Shown here: positions 13,720 to 27,503 of the stretch, one piece after another
How positions within the stretch are numbered: the first letter of the stretch is position 1
How the letters are laid out: every line of letters starts with the position of its first letter
Source of the DNA: Octopus sinensis
Taxonomy: Eukaryota
DNA length: 64,000 nucleotides
Reading direction: 5' to 3'
Assembly (NCBI RefSeq): GCF_006345805.1
Contig: NC_043004.1
Location: 72,106,001 to 72,170,000, forward strand
Notes under the pieces: generated by a model
The model's database searches: none
Told to the model about the DNA's origin: nothing
The model's input: only the letters and a program-made list of their open reading frames with translations
Position numbers and translations under genes: made by a program

Positions 13720-14677
13720 GTAGAGAAAAGAGAAGTATGATCAACGAGGAGTTTGCATATTAAGATGCGTTTTGAAATTTTCAATAAAGAGATTCTCCTT
13801 GTTAATTCTCTCCTGTGTGGTGATCTCGTCTTTACATTGGTAGAAGGGGAATATGTAGAATTTGGGATTGTTGTCTTTAGCGCATGAGTCTATGTGGTCA
13901 CTCAGTGGGATTTACCGGTATTCCGAGAGGTTTATTTGTTCTTTATGCACCGCTACTTGTTTACGTAACGGGAGGCTCATTTGTCCAACATAATTATGTT
14001 GGCAACTAGCGCATGTGAGAACGTAGATAAGGTTCTCGGAGGAACAGGAGAATTTAGTCTTGATTTTAAACTTCGTTCCTTGTTTGAAGATAAATTCAGA
14101 GCCTTCAAGTAGGAAGGGGCAGGTGCCACAGTTTGGGCGTGCACATTTTTTAACTGCTGGGGGTGGATGTGGTGTGTGAAGTTTGGCATTTGTCAAGAGT
14201 TTTTTTTAAGGATTTGTGTTGCCTTTTACATTTGAGGATTTTGTGTGTATTTATACTGTTTTTCATTTTTGGGTCTGTTGACAGTAGATTGAGGTTTTGT
14301 ATGATTGTGGTGTATGCTTCGATATTTTTGGGGTTGTGGGTGGAAATGTATGGAAGTATTTTGGGGTTGTGTGTGGTGTTAGGTTGGGTGGTTTTCAGTG
14401 TAATGTTGTCTAGTTCTTTGGAGCGTTTTATTCCATACTCTATAAGGGTGGAGGGATATTGGCGTTGTAATAGTGTTTGTTTGAGGTCTTGAAGGCGTAT
14501 TTCTCGAGTTTTTGGTGCATACACTTTTAGCTAAGTTGAAAGGGATATTTGTCTTGGTGTGTTTTGGGTGGCATGAACTAAAGAGGGGGTATTGTTGTGA
14601 GTCTGTAGGTTTGTGGTAGATGTATGTTATGATTTGGTTCTTAGGTGTTTTTATAATTAGGAGATCAAGAAAGGGAG
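13720..14677 (-). mobile_element. Penelope 3' fragment (RT thumb plus GIY-YIG)
   Basis: PFLDLLI, YHKPTDSQQY, SCHPKH, CARPNCGTC, NLIYVLTCASCQHNYVGQ. Confidence 0.85.
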
Positions 14678-15460
14678 ATGATGTTTGCAAATGCAGATAT
14701 GAACTGCAAAAGCAGTAATTTGATCTACTGTATTAAATACCCTAATTGCGAGAAGTTATACATTGGCGAGAAAGGGAATGCGTTATCGGAACGTCAACGA
14801 GTCCACAGACAACAAATCAGGAATACTAATCTTCGCCAAATTCCATTGAGCAAACATATAGAGACATGTGGTTAGAAAATGTTTCTAATTTTTCCTTTCC
14901 ACAAACTACATGACACAAGTGAGGTTGGAAGAAAGATAAAACAAAATTGTTTTAAGAAAATTTCAAACCTGTTCTGAACGGAAATAACAACAATAATATA
15001 ACAAACCATCAATGATGGGGATTACAAAATATCATTAACATATGAATATAAAGAGAAAACTCCAACTAATTGACAGACAAACGATCGAAACCAACTACGT
15101 TTGCTCACTCATAAGACCAATACATGTAAACAAGAAGCTAATTGGTTCAAATAAAGGCAGGATCTATGCCAGTAACGTCAGTGCTCCCGAAAAAACGTGA
15201 TGTTTAAGCTGCATGCGGATTGGACAAACAGTATTCGAAAGATCCAGCTTGCTGGAGCCTTCTAAAAGGTATAAAAAGAAATCGTTTTACTACAGCTGTC
15301 AAGATCTCAGCTGTCAGTTACATACATTTTGAAATCTGATGATTACTACGAACGTATGAAAGCGCTAATTGAACTTTAACGTTACATAAAATTTTCATTT
15401 AATGTTTAACGCGAAATGATATCAATAACAATGAGTTCTGACACTTTCTTTGCATATTCA
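14678..15460 (+). mobile_element. Penelope GIY-YIG fragment plus probable pseudo-LTR
   Basis: NCKSSNLIYCIKYPNCEKLYIGE...HRQQIR; hammerhead motif downstream on the same strand. Confidence 0.75.
15331..15372 (+). ncRNA. Minimal hammerhead ribozyme-like motif (Penelope type)
   Basis: aat-CTGATGA-t-tac...gta-t-GAAA-gcgc-TA-att; palindromic stem III loop; short stems. Confidence 0.5.
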
Positions 15461-15489
15461 ATACAATATCACTGAAGCAGAGACGAAAC

Positions 15490-15700
15490 AAAATGGTTTC
15501 AAGATTTGGCAGATGGCCCGCAGTTTTAAAGGAAATGTAAGTCGATTACTGATATTTGTTTTATCGACCTCGAAAAGATGAATGGCAAAGCCACCACGAC
15601 GCCATTTGAACTCTGAACGTGAAGATGGATGAAATGCCGCTAAGCATTATGACCGGTGTAATAACGATTCTGCCATTTCACCTCCTTAATAATAAATAAA
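15490..15700 (-). mobile_element. SINE copy
   Basis: Same sequence family as 63490-63935 and 17930-18135 (atttgaactc...ccgctaagcatt...aacgattctgcc); GTTCAAAT B-box-like on the minus strand. Confidence 0.65.
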
Positions 15701-15876
15701 TAATGATAATCTAAGTTGAGGTTTAGGAAAATGTTTTATTGCATTTAATAATTTTATAATGAGTTCAGTTAATTTTCACTGTACTGTGTGCTACATGTTT
15801 CCTTTAATATCTTAATAACACTTTTGCAACACACTGTCTTTTCATTTACATATAACTCATTGATATCCATTTCTAG

Positions 15877-15977
15877 TTGTTTCGGGCAAAGAATGGCAGA
15901 AAGTATCTAAGATGACCCAAACATCATTTGAAAGAAGTCCTATTTATTTATACTGGGAGAGTTTGCCTATTAAAAAG
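15877..15977 (+). CDS. Gene A exon 3 (IVSGKEWQKVSKMTQTSFERSPIYLYWESLPIKK)
   Basis: ccatttctAG acceptor and AAG|GTAATG donor; phase 1 in, phase 0 out; open when joined to exon 2. Confidence 0.8.
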
Positions 15978-16779
15978 GTAATGCAATTTGGAAATTTCAA
16001 AAAAATATACATTTAAATAACAACTTCTCAGTTCCCTATCTCTTGGGATATATGATTTTTACCTTTCCCTGTCGATATTGCGATGATATATGTAATTAGT
16101 GATGTTGGGGTTGTCCATGTTCATTTTTGCATATAATATATCTATAACAAGATAATCCAATCCATTTTATTATTAGGTTGTACGGTATATTCTGAGAGAG
16201 GTTTGCCTTCTATTTCTTGCAGATTAAGTGGAAACATAGAAGTCCATTCTGTTGTAAGATGTGAGGTTAAAATGGAGTGTGGCATAAAATTATATCTACT
16301 ATAGTGGACGTGTTATCATGCAAATTGTTTTGTCTTGGTATAAAAGATGAGCTACAGCAAATAATCTGGTCACTACCACAGATTTGAATGTCAGTTACTT
16401 GAACTTAACCACTTGAGCACGTTCCTTAATGGCTGACAATATGTGCATCTCTGATCAGGTGCAGAAGTAGTGGGGGAGAATCATAGCCATGTGTTGAGAA
16501 GAATTCTTAGGGATTTGAATTATTCACCTCTAGAAACATAGGTGTTTCATTCATCATCCTTAAAACAAATCTTATTCAGGAATCTTTTGAGCAAAATAGG
16601 CTTCTCATCCTGAAGAAAATATAAGGTCATCACCATTTCGCGCACATATAGTTGTGATGCCTGTACCTGGTGTAACATTACCAGACGGGTAGTCAAGATT
16701 GGCATATTAGTCTTGTTATATTTGTATCACAGTCTCACTTTGATGACATACGCTGTTCCCTCAATCAATAAATTTAATA

Positions 16780-16844
<65 letters not shown>

Positions 16845-17212
16845 GGATCAAACGCACCCAAGATGCGTACAGACTGGATCAAACGGACCCAAGATGCCTA
16901 CAAAAATCTGCAAGAACAGTTATGGCAATACATCTCAATCGCCAGATACAACAGCACTTTTGCAAAAATATCGAAATCCCAATACATAGTCCGATTCTTT
17001 GCCTTGTAAATCACGAATATTTTTTCCTAAACCCAAACACTTTCTCTTCCTTTATCGTGCATTTCTATCACAATTTTGCTCTCTCATATCTTTCTTTATT
17101 TCCCTCTCTCTTTTTCCCTTCCCTTCTGTCTATCTATCTATCTGTTTGTCTGGTCTGTCTATCTGTATCTCTCTTTTTTACTCGGTATATATATACATAT
17201 ATATACATATAT

Positions 17213-17380
17213 ATATAATATTAATTAGAGACAAAAACCACTATTTTGCAAAACAAACAAGGAAAGACTTAATCAATACATAAAATTTTAATAAAAAGTT
17301 TTTAAAAATTTTATGTATTGATTAAGTCTTTCCTTGTTTGTTTTGCAAAATAGTGGTTTTGTCTCTAATTAATATTATAT
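17213..17380. repeat. Near-perfect inverted repeat (about 75-bp arms)
   Basis: ttaattagagacaaaaaccactattttgcaaaacaaacaaggaaagacttaatcaatacataaaatttt and its reverse complement, with a short spacer. Confidence 0.9.
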
Positions 17381-17456
17381 AATATTTTACTATAAAATTG
17401 GATTTAATCCTAAATCTGATTTTTTCCCTGTAAATTTGGATTTATTCCCTAATATT

Positions 17457-17531
<75 letters not shown>

Positions 17532-17651
17532 CACATGATATTTTACGCTTTCGCTTCTTCTCTCTCTCTCTCGCTACATATATATATATATATATATGTC
17601 ATCCTTATATTCTTTCTCTTTCTGCTACTCACTCTTCTCTCTCTCTCTCAC

Positions 17652-17696
<45 letters not shown>

Positions 17697-17731
17697 TTCT
17701 TTATCAATCCCCGTCATCTTTTCATTTGCAG

Positions 17732-17880
17732 GTTGAATTTCGGTTAATCACAACTGGCCGAGATTACGTATATATATTCAATGGAACAGGGACGAATTCT
17801 GTATCGTGGTACCGAAATGATAAACTCATTAAACATCCCATGCCAAGCGGTTTTCAATTCAACTTTACATCCAACAATGA
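17732..17880 (+). CDS. Gene A exon 4 (VEFRLITTGRDYVYIFNGTGTNSVSWYRNDKLIKHPMPSGFQFNFTSNN)
   Basis: tcttttcatttgcAG acceptor and GA|GTATAT donor (weaker); phase 0 in, phase 2 out. Confidence 0.78.
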
Positions 17881-18157
17881 GTATATATTTTCTCCTTATT
17901 TGTGTTAACCGCTTTATGGTTTTCATGATAATAATAATGATTTCTCGCAGCCAAAAAATATTCGCTTATTTTGAGGGAAGAGTGACAGCAATTCTATTGA
18001 TTTCACTAATTAACAGGTATCAATTTAACGACCCTGGAATAATGAGTGGCACGTGTTGGCTTGCTAGGATTTGAACTCAATACGTTAAGGAAAGAAACCA
18101 TTACCAGTTACATTATTTGGCACCTTGCCGTTTCTTACATTCATTGTTTTAGTAGCG

Positions 18158-18220
<63 letters not shown>

Positions 18221-20329
18221 CCACAACAAAATGCAAATACTAATGCTGTAACAGAACTAGAGTTTGTGACAGAACGCAAATGTTAGAAGAATTGCTTTTA
18301 CACAGAGTTCCACTGAGAAACCAAGTTTGCGAAACATCATGACACATCACAGAATGGAGATTTATAAATAGGAAATAAAAGTCCGTGGATGGTTGCTTAA
18401 GCTAAAGCTTTAAGCATTAATTTAGTTGGGTGTGGATATTTATTCCATATCTTCAACGGGTAAGGGCCGCTTATATTATCAGCAAATGGACAATAATAAT
18501 TATATCTTAGCAATTTTTGTTAACACGACGTCATAAGGTTTATATTTACTTGCAAAATTATTATAGGGACATAACACCTGAGACAAAAGGTACAATCAGG
18601 AACTACAAAAGGTTCATTATGGAGATGGCAAACCAAAATCTTCTATAGGATTTTTGACATCCAAACAGAGAGAAATGAATACCATTGGCCTGATATCCTT
18701 CTCAGCATCAGCATCAGTAGGTTGATGCCACTGGCTTTTGTTGGCTGCAATTTTCTCTGCATCTGGCCATTTTATATTAACATCTCTCATTTCGGTTATG
18801 AATGTTCTGCGTCATGTATATTTCTTTCTTTTTCTCTAAAGCTAATTTAGAATGTGTAGTTCTGGTAGTCGAAGTATGTGACCTGCTAGTTTAATCTTAA
18901 TCTTCGTTATTTGGGGATTTCTCAAAGTGGTCTTGTATTCAGGGACAATAGCGAGTCCCACCGGGAGTATAATATGAGGAGTAACAGAGGAAAGATCATC
19001 AACTGGAAACCTTTTTGACTGAAATATTACCATAAAAGTAGTAGAAAACTGTCAAAAAGAAAGGATCTTCAAATAGAAATATTTAAGATGTGGGGCTTCA
19101 AAGTGAAAACCACACCAATAATACTTGGAAATTATTAGGTATGATAAAAGATATAAACATGTGGAGGCACATGGCCTAGTGGTTAGAGTAGTACCATTAT
19201 ATCTGGGACGTAGGACGTCCCGGATAAAAAATAAAAATGTCCCCCAAGAAGTAGAGGTAGGCTGGATTGTAGCCACACTTCTATACAAGAGGGAGGAAAA
19301 GATACACTTGATCGAAATTGCTAGAGACGAGCCTACAATTCCAGTCTGTTATATATTTTGAGTATTGTTATCACTAGCGATATCAAGATATAACATTGTA
19401 TTTTGTATTTTATGTGTAGATGTATATATATATAGATGTACATGTAATATGTACACATATATATACACATATATACATGCACTATCACTATGACCCGGCA
19501 ACGACGGGTCATAATGCTAGTCCCATATAAAAATGAGAAAACAGAAAATGCTACAAGCATTACAGAAACAGGGAGATGCAACAAATGGTGCAATTAAGAC
19601 ATGCATGAAACTATCAAAGAAATAATAACAACAACTGTTTCTAATTTAAGAACAAAGCCAGGGGTTTTATGAGGGCATAGCCTAATACTTCATTTCCAAT
19701 GTATAACTGTTGCTTTATTTTATCGATTCTGGGGTAAATTTGAACTCATAGCATGAAGAGCTGAAAGCAATACGCCCATACATTTTTCATTCGATCTACT
19801 GATTCTGCCTCTCCACACAGGCAATTTTAAATGCTAAAGTACTGACCTTCTATAATTATTTCTAAGATAAGTACGAGAATTTGAGGAGGGGACAAAAGAT
19901 GTTATTTTCTGCTTTCAAATATTATGTGATTCCAATATTAAGACAAGTAGGAGAAAATACAATATCTTATTTTCTAAAATAATCTGTGTGAATTTTTCAC
20001 TCCAATAACACTTTACTATTATCAATCGATATGATTCGACGTACATTCTGTCTCTCATAGAAATGTGACTGGTTTGTTATTGCTGAAAAGCCTTTCGGTC
20101 GTAGATCTTTTTCATCACTGCTGAAATGAAGCTAAATAATAAGATCTTGTATATCAAAATTACACGTTATTTATATCTTCCATATCGTGAATAACAAACG
20201 GGCTATGAGATAATCGCTAATCTCAATGGTGAAAAGTTAAACTCATTGATTCAAAGAAGAACTGAATGTCATAAATACACAGACACGACAGAAATAAATA
20301 GACATCTTATAATCGTTATAACTTATTTA

Positions 20330-21430
20330 AATCTGACATTTTACATTTAACTTATTTATTAATTGTTATAATGTGAATATTTAATATTTAGTATGTGAAT
20401 ATTTAATATTTGCATTTTTCAATGCAAGGACCCTATTAAGCATGCTACTGATCAGATGGTGAATATTTTCTTCAGGAATTTCTTGCCAAGATTCATGCAG
20501 TAATCTCAAAAAATCTGGTTTTGAGGATGCTTTCATGTTATTTTTACGAAGTGCCGTGTCCATTATGTCCCAGATGTAGGATTCATATCTGGTAACTAGC
20601 TTGGCCATGGAAGCTTTTAAATGTCATTCTCATCCAACAAATCCTGAGTCATTTTAACCGTGTGACAAGGAGCCCCATCTTCCATAAATAACGAGTCTCC
20701 TTTAATCATTTTACCCCTGGAGAAGATTGGAAGGAATCACTCCGGCAACATGGACACATATATATTTGAGTTTATGTTTCCCTGACATTCCACCAGCTTT
20801 GATGAACCATTACTCCAAATTGTTCCCTAAACTATCACAGAATATCTGCCGTATTTCATTGTTGACTGCAATCGCCTCACATCAAATTCTTGACCATAAA
20901 ATCTCCAGATCAACATTCGATCACTGTCAGAAAATACAGCAAATCTGGACTCATCAGAGAATATGACAGTGTTCCAAAATGCTAGTGGCCTCTCTACCAT
21001 CTCAGTGGTTCCATATCTTCTCCGCTCAATATTGGCTTGCCGAAGATGTGGCTTCCTTCTTGCTGCTCAGTCATAATAGCCAAGTTTGTGACGGTACCTG
21101 ACAGCTGTTCTAGGACTGACATGCACTTGTTCTGCTATGCTACAGGCTTTGCAACTAGGATTATCTCCACACTTCTCTTAACAAAGCGAATTGCCCTGTT
21201 AGAAGAACCTGGTCGACCTGGGTGAGATTATGTGGACTCCTTCTCTTCTCTGGTGAATTGCGCAATCACTCTATTAACGGTAGAAAGCGGGATTCCACGT
21301 TTTTTCTGCAATTTACGCTGGCGACGTCTACCTTCAGATTGACTGACAATACGGCCCCTTTGAAATTCGAATAGTTCTAGGGTTTCTTTTGTACATAGTA
21401 TGATTAAACAGGCACATATAGAAATTGAAC
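20330..21430 (-). mobile_element. Degraded Tc1-like transposase
   Basis: [27 protein letters not shown] and MEDGAPCHT motifs, with multiple frameshifts. Confidence 0.75.
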
Positions 21431-21570
21431 CATAAAAATGTCAATTAACAAAAACATATATACTATTCATATTATGATGTTATATGGGGTGTCTATTTAT
21501 TTCTCTCATGTTTGGGCATCGTTGTTCAAATTTTCATACTGAAAAACCTTGTTCTATTTATCAATTGTAG

Positions 21571-21680
21571 TATCACAGAACCGTATTTTCGCATCGATTT
21601 TGGACAAACTTCTAATTACGGTTATCGGGTTGAAGCCACAGCGATGAATGGAATGTACAAAATTGTTTACGGTAGCCAAG
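21571..21680 (+). CDS. Gene A exon 5 (DITEPYFRIDFGQTSNYGYRVEATAMNGMYKIVYGSQ)
   Basis: tcaattgtAG acceptor and AAG|GTATGT donor; phase 2 in, phase 1 out; open in exactly the frame required. Confidence 0.78.
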
Positions 21681-21796
21681 GTATGTAAAATGTATCGTTC
21701 TCATTGTGAGTGCAAATAATTGTTTGTCTGTATGTTATGTTTGTATGCACATATATAGTATATGTGTTTCTGAGTATGAGTATATATGTTTGTCTG

Positions 21797-21844
<48 letters not shown>

Positions 21845-21847
<3 letters not shown>

Positions 21848-22575
21848 TGGCGAAAATAAATTTAAGGCCAATGATAAATGTTCTATTTCTTGCAAAATAT
21901 TTTGTTACTAACACCATATAAATTATTTTTATCCAAATTCTCTCAAACAGTTGCGGACGGTTTGTGGCGTAAAAATAACACCATTCTCCTTGGACAATTG
22001 TTTACAAATGTCAACGGCTATCAGCATTCGGTTGCCTTCCGAAAGTCGGGGAATTCGACCGTCCAACTGCGCTGTCGCTTTTCTTGGGACGCCAGTCCTT
22101 TGCCGATCTTTATATTGACCAGTCTCCGAGTATACATTCCACGCTTACACGCAAGCCGTTTTACTGCACTTTAGTTGCTTGCTGATGTTCGAAAAGGAAA
22201 CTTTTGGTTGTTAGAGTAATACGATTTTTGCTCTCGTGACTGGACTAAGACTACGTTGTTTTCCCATTATTAATCAATTGTATAATAATGTTAAATTATA
22301 ACACTGTATAGTGCAGTTAGGCTAGTTGTGTGAGTTTTGGCCATACATATTACGTTGTCTTAAACTAATTTTGCCGGTCAATTTGAAACGTTTATATTAA
22401 TTTAGCATTACAATTCTTTAAGCTGTATAAAAAATAGTTATTGTCCGCGTCATTCGAAAGAGAAATAAATTCTGCATAAGGTGTAAATGATAAAAATAAT
22501 TTCTATGGTGTTAGTAACAGAATATTCTGTAAGAAATAGAACTTTTATCATCGGTCTTAAACTTATTTTTGCCAG
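21845..22575 (-). mobile_element. Internally deleted Tc1-like element with about 75-bp TIRs
   Basis: CAGTGGCGAAAATAAATTTAAGGCCAATGATAAATGTTCTATTTC... mirrored at about 22500-22575. Residual RKATAQLDGRI...TPQTVRNCLRE; flanked by (TA)n. Confidence 0.75.
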
Positions 22576-22666
22576 TATATATATATATACATATATGTAC
22601 TCATATACGCATAGACACACATACATATATATATGTGTGTATATATATATGTATATATACATTTAC

Positions 22667-22708
<42 letters not shown>

Positions 22709-23329
22709 CATATACATTTGTCAGGGGAGAGTTAGAGTACCTTAATATAACACTCTCCCCAGACACAACGAAATTTGTTTCACTTCACGGATCCACATGA
22801 AGAATCGTGGAAGCCAAATACAAAAGCGAAGTGTATATAAGTGTGTATGTGTGTGTGTGTGTGTGTGTTGAATAGTATGTGCATATATGTGTGTATGTGT
22901 GTGAATGTTGCGTGTGAATGTGTGTGTAAAAGTATGCATATTTGCTTACTAATTTTCATACAAGTTAGTTTAAGATTACATACATACACACATATACCTG
23001 TTAGTTCACACGTCGAAGAGTAATTCCAAATTGATACATCGTTCGCATAAAACCACCAAATCTGCAATAGGAAAAGGGTTCAGTAGAAAAACCATACCAC
23101 ATTGGCCATCGTGAATGTTAACAAAGGATGTGTTCAGATTTTCGGTAGTGGGGTCTGTTCGAAACTTTTATTGAGTCTCCACCGAATGCTGTAATAATCA
23201 GCATTAAATCTGCAATTTGTTCTAAGAGGGTTTTGGGTTGTGTTATGCAGTGGATCCAATTAGGTGGGAAGGTTTGTCTCCTGAAACTTAAACTGAAAGA
23301 AGGGCCGTTGTAAATTTTGCAGGCAATGC

Positions 23330-25250
23330 ACCGAAGAATAAGACCATATACAAACCTTCCATGATGAAGTCACCGTAGTATTAAATATAGTCAAAACCGA
23401 GTAATTTGTCTTACAGGGTGACTTCAATATACATTTTGGTACCAATCACGGGACATGGAAAGGAATGATTGACAGAAACGATGACCCTGAACTGAATATG
23501 ATTAGAGAGGCTTTGGGGTCTCCAATATAAGTATATCCGGTATATGAATACTTTGAGACAGATGCCAACGATAAATTTTGTTATCGTTTTGAAGGTCTTT
23601 TGAGTCTATGATGGGCGTTCGGGTAAAGGCAGGAGCGGCGCTATCAAGTGATCACCACGCAGTTTCTGCAAATTGAGACTGTCTATGACCGGAAAAACTC
23701 ACAAAACCGATAATTCAAGTAAGACTTACATGATAAAGCGGGAAACCTTGTCGGATGATAAGATCAGGAATAAATATGCGGACACGTTAGCATCGGAATT
23801 CAAAGACATTCCGGTACAAATTGAGCAGGTCAAAATGGAGTGGAATTTGTTTTGTTCAGCAGTTTCTGCTGTTGAATAGTTCTGTAGATGAAAGCGTCTC
23901 GGTGTGGCACCAGATGGTATACCTGGTTATACCAAGAAGTTAAAGATTTCATCAAAGCAAAGAAAGAGGTTTATAAAACTTGGCTTGGAAGAAACAGGTC
24001 TTCTTTTGCACAGGCGATACACCAAGTCACGAAAAGTTGCAGTAGAGAAAATACAGACGACAAAGGATAAACCACGGAAATACTTTACGGTTAAGCCGGA
24101 TTCTGACATAGAAAGCCTAATAAGGTATTGTGGCAGAGCATCTGCTGTCTTCGTAACAAAAGTCCTTTTCTATAACTTCTATTAAGACTTCTGTTGTGGC
24201 TTTTCTATCTGCAGAGAAGAGATGGAGGGAATGCTTTACTGATCTCTTAAGTCCAGTCACAGTAAAATTTCCTGATTCACATGTATTTATGGGCGAAGAC
24301 CAGCCTTACAGTGACAGAAGTCATAGAAGAAATTAAGGGGTTCGAAGGAAGCAAGTCTGCTGGATAGGATGCACTTCGATATGAGATGTTAAACGCTTTA
24401 AATAGAAGAGTTATTTTTGGCTGATTCTTGTATGCCAGGTGGCACAGACATCAAGAAAGACGTCAAAGTAATCCGGAGTACTAATCCCATTTGTTAAAGC
24501 AGCATCAGAGAGAGAGAGCGAGAGAGAGAGTGGACTATTTATAGAGGGATCTTCTTGTTTTGCTTCCCAGTAAAACTTGTTCTAGGTGACTGGAAAACAT
24601 AAAAGTGAAAATAGTCGAGCACAAGGTCGCTGAAAAAATGTAGCTTCAATCCTGGACACATCAGATTTAATCAAGAGTTCACTTTAATACGGGTATCAGA
24701 GAGATCGTGAGGATATTACCAAGAAGTGTACGCTTACGTTATAGACCTCGATGAACGTGGGTCGTACAATATGTTGTGGAAGGTTTTGCAGGAATTTTGG
24801 ATTGATGGCCAAGTTCCGAGTGACCTGAAGTTTCTATACGAATGCCCAGATGTTTTTGTTCGGTTAATGGGTGTTAAATGAAAACCGTTCAACATGGAAG
24901 TTGGATTTTGGCAGAGGTGTGTATTATCACCCCTCCTTTCAATGAATGGGTTGACATGCATCACTTGTGGATGTGTAGGGTAGAATATCAGTTCTATCGG
25001 CTGATATTTTCAGACGACATTTTGCTGCATGGTTCAGCAGAAGGTGAGCCCCAGCTCCAGAATAGTTTCGCTGCTGAGTGTTGTAAGGCGGGAATGAGAG
25101 CAAGTATTGGGGAGACTGAGACATAGCCCCTCTCGAGAAAGTCTTCCAGTGCACTCTGCCTGTTAGTGGAACATGTATCTCAGGACCGTATTTATGAGTG
25201 ATGACAAGCAGGAAGCTGGACTGAGTGCTAGAATGGTACAGTAATAGGTC
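23330..25250 (+). mobile_element. Degraded RTE-clade LINE
   Basis: GDFNIHFG, SDHH, YRGI and FSDDILL remnants with many stops. Confidence 0.7.
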
Positions 25251-25379
25251 AGCTCTAGTATTCGATCCAACAAGCCAAACACTATCTTCAGTTTGGTTTT
25301 TGGTACATGTTGTTATTGGTTTTGTTGAATAAAATTTGTTGAAAAAAAGCCGGAATAATTATGTACCGACCTAGCATAT

Positions 25380-25790
25380 ATTAGGGGTGCCGAATGTAAT
25401 GTTGTATTTTCAAATAAATAGTCTGACGTCATACCACAAATAGTTACTATCAACCTATCAGCATAGAGTTAATGAACAAACGATCTTGTGGACACGCGCT
25501 GTGTGTGTATTTATCCTGTCTTATATCTCATGGAAGTCAAGGACTTTGGTGAGCTGCATATATGGCACTGCATGCTTCATGAACTTTTTAAGGGCTCTAA
25601 TGCAACATGTGCGAAGGAAAACCTCTGCGTTGTATATTCTGATGATGTGAGACTTCTGAAATGCTAAACAAGTTTTAACAAATTCACATCTGGCACCATG
25701 AGATTTTCACTTATTCGTTCACACGAACATGTTACATGAAGAAAAACATTCAGAAAAGTTACCAGAAGAAAAACATTCAACAATGTCGAA
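25380..25790 (+). mobile_element. Mariner 5' remnant
   Basis: HIWHCMLHELFKGSNAT, a mariner N-terminal-like sequence. Confidence 0.45.
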
Positions 25791-26039
25791 ATAGCACTTT
25801 ACACGTTTTGTTTTCTTCTAAAGAACTATTTAGAACCTGGAAACTAATTTTGAAATAAGAAAACATATTTTTAACTATGGCCATCATATTTTGAATGAAT
25901 GGATATCGTAGACGCGGAGACTGGAAGACATTTAAATATTGAAAAAGAGTTACCTGTATCATGTTGATGTGCACTGCATATAAAGTGTTAACATCATGAC
26001 TACTGCTCAATACACTGTGAACATAGTAACATCTATCAA

Positions 26040-26720
26040 ACGTAACGTAGACAAATGCAACGGAGTTTAAGAAATCGTGGCCAGCAGGAAGGGAGACATC
26101 AGGCGTGTCACACGCTGGAATTCACTCAATAACTGCAAGACATCTGATGGAAGATCCAGGCAAAGGAATGCGGTCTTTGGTGAGAGAGAGAGATTAGTGT
26201 CTGTCGCCACTATGAAGCAGACCTTGAATGCGAACCTTCACAGCCATTCGTACATGAGATGCAAGAACAATTCTAACAGCCAAAGCCAAAGAGAACCACT
26301 TGACGAAGGCAAAAATACTCCTGACAAGCTGAGGAATTCTGTTGAGCCGAGTATTATCTGGTTCTTCTGAGATGAAAAGAAATTCCGCCAAAACCAGTTG
26401 CACAACCCCAGAACAGCAAGTAGCTTTCCCACAACCCAAACGATGATCTACGTATCATGAAAATCAAGTTCCCCAAAACTGTAATGGTGCTTTTTAATTC
26501 CCTCAATTACAATCCTATGGACTACTATGTCTGAGGCACAGTTGGGAAAGACAACCACTAAGTCTGCCTGCACCACAAGTCTGAGCCCGTGGCTATAATC
26601 AAAGAGGAGTTCAGAGATCTTCCTAGGGACAAAGTTAGGAACGCATGTACAAGGTTCCGTAGCCAATATGAAGTCGTAGTGGAAGCTGAGGAGGGCTACA
26701 AGAAGCAGAAATCGTCCTAA
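26040..26720 (+). mobile_element. Tc1/maT-like transposase remnant
   Basis: IWFF*DEKKF and NPMDYYV*G motifs. Confidence 0.5.
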
Positions 26721-26749
26721 TTACAATGCAAATATATTCTATATATACA

Positions 26750-26780
<31 letters not shown>

Positions 26781-26786
26781 TGTATG

Positions 26787-26849
<63 letters not shown>

Positions 26850-26985
26850 ATATATATATATATATACATATATGTGTGTGTATATATATATACACAAAGT
26901 AGCGTAGATATATATGCTTATAGATAGATGCATACATACATAGACAAGCAGACAGACAGGCAGGCAGGCAGACAGTTAGATAGAT

Positions 26986-27018
<33 letters not shown>

Positions 27019-27019
27019 T

Positions 27020-27077
<58 letters not shown>

Positions 27078-27274
27078 GGATGGATGGATGGATGGATGGA
27101 TGGATGGATGGATGGATGGTTATTCCCTGGTTTGTGTGCATGGCATATACGTATCTTTGTGCGTGTTAACATTCATACAGATATGTATGAATGTATGTAT
27201 ATATCGAATCATGATCATTGAGAAATACAGATAACTCCATAAATCTTTAACAAATTTTGCTTTTTCTTTTCCAG

Positions 27275-27324
27275 GCCAGGAATCTCCTATTAACGAATTG
27301 GTCATCTCAGTCCTTTTCAAGTAG
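27275..27324 (+). CDS. Gene A terminal coding exon (GQESPINELVISVLFK*)
   Basis: Strong polypyrimidine tract tttttcttttccAG; phase 1; TAG at 27322-27324; AATAAA downstream at 27498. Confidence 0.72.
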
Positions 27325-27497
27325 AATACGCTTTATTCCAGAAGTTGTGTATCATTACGTTATTACTTGTATACATACATACAAACATACGTACATACAT
27401 ACAGACATGCATACATGCATATGTAGATACATATAGCACATATACACAGATAAGTAGATGAACAAACAGACAGACAAACAGTGGGAATGAAATGAAC

Positions 27498-27503
27498 AAT
27501 AAA
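27498..27503 (+). promoter_or_regulatory. Candidate polyadenylation signal of gene A
   Basis: AATAAA about 175 nt after the stop codon; weak evidence in AT-rich DNA. Confidence 0.35.

Noticed and set aside
17951-18016. Open phase-2 segment just after exon 4
   Set aside because: Lies within a degenerate SINE copy and would need a 70-nt intron.
18842-19020. Strong-looking acceptor as a candidate exon 5 of gene A
   Set aside because: Immediate stop in the required phase; 21571-21680 fits both flanking phases.
19161-19190. tRNA-like A-box (GGCACATGGCCTAGTGGTTAGAGT)
   Set aside because: No cloverleaf or B-box follows; probably a truncated SINE head.
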